Part shown: piece after piece, positions 58,767-64,000 of the stretch
Layout of the letters: each line of letters opens with the position of its first letter
Numbering within the stretch: the stretch's first letter is position 1
Assembly: GCA_003661965.1 (NCBI GenBank)
Contig: QMXD01000002.1
Coordinates: 2,377 to 66,376, forward strand
DNA: 64,000 nucleotides
Reading direction: 5' to 3'
Source of the DNA: Candidatus Hecatellales archaeon
Lineage (GTDB): Archaea; Thermoproteota; Bathyarchaeia; Hecatellales; Hecatellaceae
Notes under the pieces: generated by a model
What the model was told of the DNA's origin: nothing
Databases searched by the model: none
The model's input: only the letters and a program-made list of their open reading frames with translations
Program-made: the position numbers and the translations under genes

Positions 58767-59645
58767 CTAGCCTTTAAGTTTTTCTTTTAATATTTTTGCT
58801 ATGTCGAAGGGTGTTTCAGCAACAGAAACACCAGCAGCCTTAAACGCTTCAATTTTTGTTTGGGCTGTTCCAACCCTACCCATAATTATTGCTCCAGCAT
58901 GACCCATCCTTTTACCTGGGGGGGCTGTTCTACCAGCCACATAGGCAACAACAGGTTTAGGATACTTTACCTCTTCAACATATTTTGCCGCAAGCTCCTC
59001 GGCATTTCCACCAATCTCACCGATTAAAACAACAGCTCTAGTTTCTTTGTCATCTTTAAACATTTCCAAGACTTCAACAAAGTTTAATCCTGTAACAGGG
59101 TCTCCACCTAAACCTAAACATGTGCTTTGTCCAAACCCTATTTTGCTTATTTCCCATGCAACCTCATAGGTTAAAGTTCCGCTTCTTGAAGCAATACCGA
59201 TTATTCCAAGGGAAAACATGTGGTTTGGCATTATTCCAACCTTAACCTTCTCGTTTGGGTTTATTATTCCTGGTGTGTTTGGACCTATGATTGTTGCGTT
59301 TTCCATTTTTGCTTTTGCAATACACTCGATTGTGTCTTTTACCGGAATCCCCTCAGTAATAACAACTATTGTTTTTATACCTGCATCTAAAGCCTCTAAT
59401 ATTGCGTCTTTCGCAAAAGCTGCTGGAACAAAAATTATCGAGGTGTTTGCTTTCTCTTTTTGAACAGCCTCCTCAACGGTATCATATACAGGGATTCCTT
59501 GAATGGTTGTTCCACCTTTAGCTGGACTTGTTCCAGCAACAATTTTTGTTCCGTATTTAAGCATAAGCTCTGTATGGAAGCTTCCTTCTCTACCAGTTAT
59601 ACCTTGAACAACAACTCTTGTATCCTTTCCGACAATTATACCCAA
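58767..59645 (-). CDS. sucD: Succinyl-CoA synthetase alpha subunit
   Basis: CoA-binding and His-loop motifs (VQGITGREGSFH; GIASRSGTLTYE; MGHAGAII). Confidence 0.9.
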   Translation of the reverse strand: MGIIVGKDTRVVVQGITGREGSFHTELMLKYGTKIVAGTSPAKGGTTIQGIPVYDTVEEAVQKEKANTSIIFVPAAFAKDAILEALDAGIKTIVVITEGIPVKDTIECIAKAKMENATIIGPNTPGIINPNEKVKVGIMPNHMFSLGIIGIASRSGTLTYEVAWEISKIGFGQSTCLGLGGDPVTGLNFVEVLEMFKDDKETRAVVLIGEIGGNAEELAAKYVEEVKYPKPVVAYVAGRTAPPGKRMGHAGAIIMGRVGTAQTKIEAFKAAGVSVAETPFDIAKILKEKLKG

Positions 59646-59649
59646 CCCT

Positions 59650-60780
59650 TCACCCCCTAACCGTTTTTACAGCCTCCCTAACAGCCTCCTCAACATCCTT
59701 AAAAACGTTGATACCAGCATCCTCCAAAATTTTTCTACCTTCTTCCTCCCTTGTCCCAACAAGTCTTACAATAAGCGGTCTTTTAACACCTGTCTCCCTA
59801 AGAGCCTCAAGTATCCCTCTTGCAACCTCATCACATCTTGTTATACCACCAAGTATATTTACAAGCACAACCTTTACATCAGGTTTTGATAAAAGAATTT
59901 TTACACCCTCCTTAATAATTTCTGCTCTTGCACCACCACCAATATCCAAAAAGTTTGCAGGTTCTCCACCAAAAGTCTTAATTAGGTCCATTGTTGCCAT
60001 AGCTAAACCAGCACCGTTAACAAGACACCCAATGTTTCCTGTAAGGTCAACATAGGATAAACCATGTCTTCTGGCTTCAGCCTCTCTTTCGCCATACTCT
60101 AAAAATGCTCTTTCACTAAACTCTTTATGTCTAAAAAGTGCATCATCGTTAATTATTATTCTTGCATCAGCAGCCACAAAACTTCCATCCGAGATTTTAA
60201 CTAGAGGGTTTGACTCAACAAGTTCAGCATCATAATCCATAGTTATCTTGTAGAGGCTGTAAATTATGTTTGAGAAAGTTCTTAAATCTTTTCCACCAAA
60301 ACCAAGCTTTTTAACAATTTTTCTTGCATGAAACTCGGCAAACCCATAAAGAGGATCCACATTAAGCCTAACTATTTTTTCTGGAGATTTTTCTGCAACC
60401 TCCTCAATATCAACTCCACCCTCGGTTGATGCTAAAACAACATAGCTTCTAGCAGACCTATCAACAGTTACCGACGCATAATACTCATCAACAATATCAA
60501 GTTTTTCTTCAACAAGTAGGCTTTCAACCCTTAAACCTTTAATTAGGCTACCCAACATTTTTGAGGCTATCTGGTAGGCTTCTTCAGGGTTTGATGCAGG
60601 TTTAATGCCTCCAGCCTTCCCTCTTCCAGCCACAAGAATCTGAGACTTTAAAACAACGGGTTTTCCTATTTCTTTAGCAGCGCTTTCAGCATCTTTAGGT
60701 GTGGTTACAACCTTCCCTTTTGGTGTTGGAATACCATACTTTTGAAAAATGTTTTTTGCTTCAAACTCAAAAAGCTTCAC
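59650..60780 (-). CDS. sucC: Succinyl-CoA synthetase beta subunit (ATP-grasp)
   Basis: MKLFEFEAKNIFQKYGIPTP...VLKSQILVAGRGKAGG plus a C-terminal CoA-ligase domain. It is immediately upstream of sucD. Confidence 0.9.
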   Translation of the reverse strand: MKLFEFEAKNIFQKYGIPTPKGKVVTTPKDAESAAKEIGKPVVLKSQILVAGRGKAGGIKPASNPEEAYQIASKMLGSLIKGLRVESLLVEEKLDIVDEYYASVTVDRSARSYVVLASTEGGVDIEEVAEKSPEKIVRLNVDPLYGFAEFHARKIVKKLGFGGKDLRTFSNIIYSLYKITMDYDAELVESNPLVKISDGSFVAADARIIINDDALFRHKEFSERAFLEYGEREAEARRHGLSYVDLTGNIGCLVNGAGLAMATMDLIKTFGGEPANFLDIGGGARAEIIKEGVKILLSKPDVKVVLVNILGGITRCDEVARGILEALRETGVKRPLIVRLVGTREEEGRKILEDAGINVFKDVEEAVREAVKTVRG

Positions 60781-60936
60781 TTCCTGCTCTCCTCCCCTCT
60801 AACATTAAACTTTGGGTTAAACTTTAAAATATATAGTTAGGCTTAAGCTTTATTAAACCGTAACATACTTATCTTTGAATTGTATCAGTATTAGGTTGTC
60901 AGCAGGGAGTCAACAACAGCTACGGAGAACTGGAAA

Positions 60937-61209
60937 ATGTCTCAAACAAACAGTATCCTAGTTGGCAAAAAACCTGTAATGAACTATGTGTTAGCGGCTT
61001 TAACACTGTTCCAGACAGAGCCTGAAGTCTGTATTAAGGCTAGGGGTAGAGCGATTTCTAGGGCTGTTGATGTTGTTGAAATAGTTCGTAGACGTTTTCT
61101 TCAAGATGTGAAGGTTAAAGACATAAAGATAGGCACTGAACAGATAGCTTCTGAGGAAGGAGGGCTTCCAACAAACGTTAGCACTATTGAAATATTGCTT
61201 TCAAGGTAG
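60937..61209 (+). CDS. albA: DNA/RNA-binding chromatin protein Alba
   Basis: [19 protein letters not shown]...[24 protein letters not shown]...NVSTIEILL is the canonical Alba signature. Confidence 0.9.
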   Translation: MSQTNSILVGKKPVMNYVLAALTLFQTEPEVCIKARGRAISRAVDVVEIVRRRFLQDVKVKDIKIGTEQIASEEGGLPTNVSTIEILLSR

Positions 61210-61300
61210 ATTATGGCTGTAGAGGTTAAGATAAACAAAAACCACATATTTTTTTAGTTGGGTAAGGCTTGTTATATTTATGCTGTTTAGGTGAAAATTC

Positions 61301-62044
61301 TTGCGTATAACTTTTGTGGGTTCCGGTGGAGTGGCTGTAACTAGGCAACGTTGTTGTGCATGTTTTTTGATAGATGAGGATATTTTGATAGATTGTGGGT
61401 CAGGTGCTGTTAAAAACCTTAGAAAGATGGGTGTAAACCTATCAAACATTAAAAAAATTCTCATATCCCACTATCATGCTGACCATATAAGCGACCTTGT
61501 TCCTTTGCTTTGGGCTTTGGAGCTTGAAGGGTATAGGGAGCCTATCGAAATAATGGGTTATGGGAGGATAGAAAAGGTTGTTAAAGGCATGTTAAAAACC
61601 ATGAAAACACCTGAATCCTACACTGTTTTTAACCTAAGGTTCACATCGCTTAGGGGAGGAGAAGAAATAGGTGAAATTAAATGTTTTTTAACCAAACATA
61701 AACCAAAAAATTTGGCTTACAGGATTGAAAGAAACGGTAAAAGTGTATGTTATAGTGGGGATACAAGGTTTTATAAGCCTCTTGCAAACTTCGCCTCAAA
61801 CTGTAACGTTTTAATCCATGATACAACCTTTCTTGACGAGCAGAAGGAGCTTGCCTCCCTAACAAACCATTCTACAGCCTCTCAGGCTGGGAAGATTGCT
61901 AGGATGGCTAATGTAGACATACTTGTTCTTACCCACTTTTTCCCAAACAACGTTGAAAACGAGGAGGAATATGTTAAACAAGCATCAAAAGAGTTTAAAG
62001 GTAAAATTATTCTTGCCAGAGACCTTCAAACCATAGAAATTTAG
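61301..62044 (+). CDS. MBL-fold metallo-hydrolase (RNase Z/ElaC-like short form)
   Basis: ILISHYHADHISDL; 247 aa; TTG start. Confidence 0.6.
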   Translation: MRITFVGSGGVAVTRQRCCACFLIDEDILIDCGSGAVKNLRKMGVNLSNIKKILISHYHADHISDLVPLLWALELEGYREPIEIMGYGRIEKVVKGMLKTMKTPESYTVFNLRFTSLRGGEEIGEIKCFLTKHKPKNLAYRIERNGKSVCYSGDTRFYKPLANFASNCNVLIHDTTFLDEQKELASLTNHSTASQAGKIARMANVDILVLTHFFPNNVENEEEYVKQASKEFKGKIILARDLQTIEI

Positions 62045-62084
62045 GTTACCATAAACTCTAAATATTCAACCATTCTTTTAACAT

Positions 62085-62624
62085 ATGACAATAATGTTAA
62101 CCAAAATATGTGCCGTAGACCTTAAAAGTGGTATATTATGTCCAAAATGTGAGGAAAAGGTTAGGTCTGGGGAAGTCTCCCAGCTAGACCTTAAAGTTGC
62201 AAAAATTTTGCTTGAACTTGAAAACAAGTATCCTGCACTTCAAACAGTATACTTCCATAAAGCCATAGAATCTGGAGACAACCTTGTCATCCTTGTTGAT
62301 AAAAGTGATGTTTCAAAAATCCTTAGCTATGGTGGGAAAATCCTACGTGAAATTTCTGAGAAGACTGGTAAAAGGAGGATAAGAATATTGGCTTACAACG
62401 ATGAGCCTAGACGTTTTCTTGAATACCTTTTTGCTCCAGCTTCAATCCTAACCATCAACAAGGTTTGGCTTCCAGACGGTTCTGAGGAGACAAAGGTTGT
62501 TATACCAAGAAAGGATATAAGAAAGCTTCCGAGCGATATTAACGTTTTAAAGGAGTTTGCAAAAAACATTATGGGTATGACTTTAAGGGTTGAGTTTGAA
62601 AGTCCAAGGTCAAGGGTTGTTTGA
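62085..62624 (+). CDS. nusA: Archaeal NusA-like transcription elongation factor (two KH domains) with N-terminal CxxC segment
   Basis: KH-like GxxG segments (SYGGKILREISEKTGKRRIRIL; AKNIMGMTLRVEF). The overall pattern is that of short archaeal NusA. The N-terminus has CPKCEEK. Confidence 0.55.
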   Translation: MTIMLTKICAVDLKSGILCPKCEEKVRSGEVSQLDLKVAKILLELENKYPALQTVYFHKAIESGDNLVILVDKSDVSKILSYGGKILREISEKTGKRRIRILAYNDEPRRFLEYLFAPASILTINKVWLPDGSEETKVVIPRKDIRKLPSDINVLKEFAKNIMGMTLRVEFESPRSRVV

Positions 62625-62721
62625 GGAGGCTTCCTCAGCAAAATTATTTATTTTAGCCTATACTAGGATTTGTTTAACACTGTAAAGCCTAACCGTTAAA
62701 CCATTGGAGGCTTTTTGTATA

Positions 62722-64000
62722 TGGATAAGCTTGAAGATTGGAGAAGAACCCATTTTTCAAGTGAAATAACCCCTAACCTTGACGGTCAAACTGTTACTGT
62801 TTTTGGATGGGTTCAAACAGTTAGAGACCTTGGAAAAATGAAGTTTATTGTTTTAAGTGACCGTGAAGGAGAAATCCAAATAACAGTTCCAGCTAAAACT
62901 GTAAGCCAAACGGTTTTTGAGAAGGTTAATGGATTAAAAAAACAGTCTGTTATAGGGGTTAGGGGGGTTGTTAAAAAAAGTGATAAAGCCCAACGTGGGG
63001 TTGAAATTTTCCCTGAAGAAATTAAAGTTTTAAATTATGCTAAACATCCACTTGCATTAGACCCTACAGGTAGGATACCAGCAGACCTTGATGTAAGACT
63101 TGATGCAAGAATTCTTGACCTTAGAAGACCTGAAAATAGGGCTATCTTTAGGATAAACCACCAAGTTTTATCCTCGATAAGAAAATTTTTTGAGATGCAA
63201 GGGTTTATAGAGGTTCAAACACCAAAAATAATAGCAACAGCAACAGAAGGGGGGGCTGCACTTTTCCCTGTCGTATATTTTGATAGGGAGGCTTTTCTTG
63301 CCCAAAGTCCCCAACTTTACAAGGAGCAGTTAACCTCTGTTTTTGAGAAGGTTTACGAGATTGCTCCGTTTTTTAGGGCTGAAGAGTCAAGAACAACAAG
63401 ACATACTGCAGAATTTATCTCTGTTGATATTGAGCAGGCTTTTGTTGATTGGAGGGATGTTGTAGAGCTTCTTGAAAACCTTATAGTTTTTGTTTTAAAA
63501 GAGGTAAAAGAAAAATGTCAAAAAGAGCTTGAAATCTTAAAACGTGAAATTAAGATTCCACCTCAACCCTTTCGACGCTACACCTACGACGAGGTTTTAA
63601 AGGTTTTAGAGAAAAAAGGTTTTCCTGTTAGTTGGGGGGAGGATATACCAACACCAGCCCTAAGAGCCTTAGGTGAAATTCACCGTGAAGAATACTATTT
63701 TATCGTTGACTGGCCCACAAAATCTAAACCTTTCTACATAAAACCTAGAGACGATAAACCTGAGGTTTGTGAGGCTTTTGACCTAATGTATAGCTGGATA
63801 GAGCTTGCTTCTGGAGGGACCAGAATCCATGATAAGGAGCTTTTGGTTAAAAGGTTGAGGGAGCAGGATTTAAACCCTGAAAGTTTTAGTTCCCATCTTA
63901 AGGTTTTTGATTGGGGTATGCCTCCTCATGCAGGTTGGGCTTTAGGTTTAGGTAGGTTTTTAATGGTTCTTACTGGGAGAGAAAACATACGTGAATGTGT
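62722..64000 (+). CDS. aspS: Aspartyl-tRNA synthetase (class II, archaeal/eukaryal type), N-terminal ~426 aa; continues beyond window end
   Basis: OB-fold anticodon-binding N-domain, class II motifs [16 protein letters not shown] (motif 2) and GGTRIHD..., and a C-terminal [14 protein letters not shown] (motif 3 region). The start is an ATG at 62722. Confidence 0.85.

Noticed and set aside
59618-60055. 145-aa Ser/Thr/Pro-rich + strand ORF
   Set aside because: It is antisense inside sucC, a highly conserved gene, so it is spurious.

Overview
This 64 kb window looks like an archaeal chromosomal segment, dense with housekeeping and central-metabolism genes. The archaeal assignment rests on aIF5A with deoxyhypusine synthase, SRP54, Nob1, Alba, ribosomal proteins S25e and L40e, A-type ATPase subunits H and E, an archaeal-type NusA with KH domains, and NurA/HerA. 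Several markers point to a methanogen-like, H4MPT/F420-using organism. These are Mer (F420-dependent methylene-H4MPT reductase), two hdrC-hdrB loci, F420 FO-synthase genes cofG and cofH, and an archaeal riboflavin reductase. I also call four tRNAs by hand (Leu-CAA, Ile-GAU, Leu-CAG, Val-CAC) and a ribosomal L40e gene (58548..58715) that the ORF track missed. Other genes cover carbamoyl-phosphate synthase, pyridoxal synthase, leucine biosynthesis, succinyl-CoA synthetase and two ABC transporters. I found no CRISPR array, IS element or integrase.

The observations most worth a second look are listed below.
- A conserved ~38-bp element (core TAATGCA...TGTAATGCAC with an internal near-palindrome) occurs three times in the window, always in an intergenic region 60-80 bp upstream of a start codon and in the same orientation as that gene.
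- A six-gene redox cluster (24586..30692) contains an HdrD-like Fe-S/CCG protein translationally coupled to an ADP-ribosylglycohydrolase. It is followed by hdrC-hdrB, an SdhB-like Fe-S gene and an SdhA-like flavoprotein with an unexplained ~95-aa N-terminal extension. The arrangement resembles a thiol:fumarate reductase split into separate genes.
- A stand-alone nurA-herA pair sits beside tRNA-Ile, a small metallophosphoesterase and an MBL-fold hydrolase, with no mre11/rad50.
- A molybdopterin-oxidoreductase gene is disrupted by at least a +1 frameshift and lacks an in-frame start. Its 3' end runs into tRNA-Leu, and it lies next to an HTH regulator and a NitT/TauT-family ABC transporter.
- A GuaA-A-like glutamine amidotransferase has no canonical start codon and shows degenerate motifs.
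- The atpH-atpE pair is isolated from the rest of the A-ATPase operon.
- A ValRS-like synthetase has non-textbook HIGH and KMSKS motifs.
- Several orphan hypothetical proteins are present.

All calls come from reading the translations. No database search was possible, so family assignments rest on motif recognition and are given graded confidence.
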